Shown in pieces: positions 43,199 through 43,240 of a DNA stretch of 43,240 nucleotides. This DNA is from a virus. Its lineage: Duplodnaviria > Caudoviricetes. The notes below the pieces were generated by a model. It was not told where the DNA came from and searched no databases. It saw only the letters and a list, made by a program, of their open reading frames with translations. A program made the position numbers and the translations under genes. Location of the stretch: positions 1 through 43,240 of the IMG/VR virus record IMGVR_UViG_3300010218_000018; one strand, 5' to 3'. Numbering within the stretch: the first letter of the stretch is position 1; the number at the start of each line of letters is the position of its first letter.

Positions 43199-43240
43199 GC
43201 CCCCCTGCACCCCGCTGATAAGCCGTCCCTGTAGTTCCGC
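43185..43240 (+). repeat. Terminal overlap copy 2
   Basis: Identical to 1..56. Confidence 0.95.

Larger units (their letters stand above)
1..43240. mobile_element. Complete temperate siphophage genome (HK97-like head, lambda-like immunity), excised circular form
   Basis: Full set of packaging, head, tail, lysis, immunity, replication and integration genes. Identical 56-nt ends; intact attP; no host genes. Confidence 0.93.

Noticed and set aside
1-43240. Frequent CGATCG/GATC as a methylation signature, and CtrA boxes
   Set aside because: Plausibly due to ATC Ile codons in GC-rich DNA and not quantified. No TTAA-N7-TTAA site was noticed by eye.

Overview
The window looks like the complete, circularly permuted genome (about 43.18 kb plus a 56-nt terminal overlap) of a GC-rich temperate lambdoid/HK97-like siphophage. 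The host is probably an alphaproteobacterium, likely Sphingomonadaceae; this is inferred from GapR-like, GcrA-like and DUF6456-like genes. The minus strand carries cro, a CII-like gene, a GcrA-like HTH, an SF2 helicase with an N4/N6 methyltransferase, GapR, a replication initiator with iterons and a late regulator. It then carries HNH/cos/terminase, portal, protease, capsid, head-decoration genes, neck/tail genes (with a -1 frameshift), tape measure, tail tip/fibres and a lysis cassette. The plus strand carries a LexA-type CI flanked by four 17-bp operators, a long array of small early genes, xis, a tyrosine integrase and an intact attP (3' half of tRNA-Pro(CGG)). After attP come an Xis-HTH/GIY-YIG-like fusion, a C5-methyltransferase-like gene and more small genes. 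The most notable observations are: (i) a clan-A glycoside-hydrolase-like gene closely coupled to the spanins at the end of the lysis operon; (ii) an RcGTA GhsA/GhsB-like head-spike pair split by about 11 kb, whose fibre carries a beta-helix (depolymerase-like) domain; (iii) a kissing-loop RNA structure that hides the tail-chaperone RBS; (iv) an Xis-GIY-YIG fusion next to attP, in an operon that integration would cut; and (v) short direct repeats at early-gene borders suggesting cassette exchange. All family assignments come from motif recognition from memory, not database searches.
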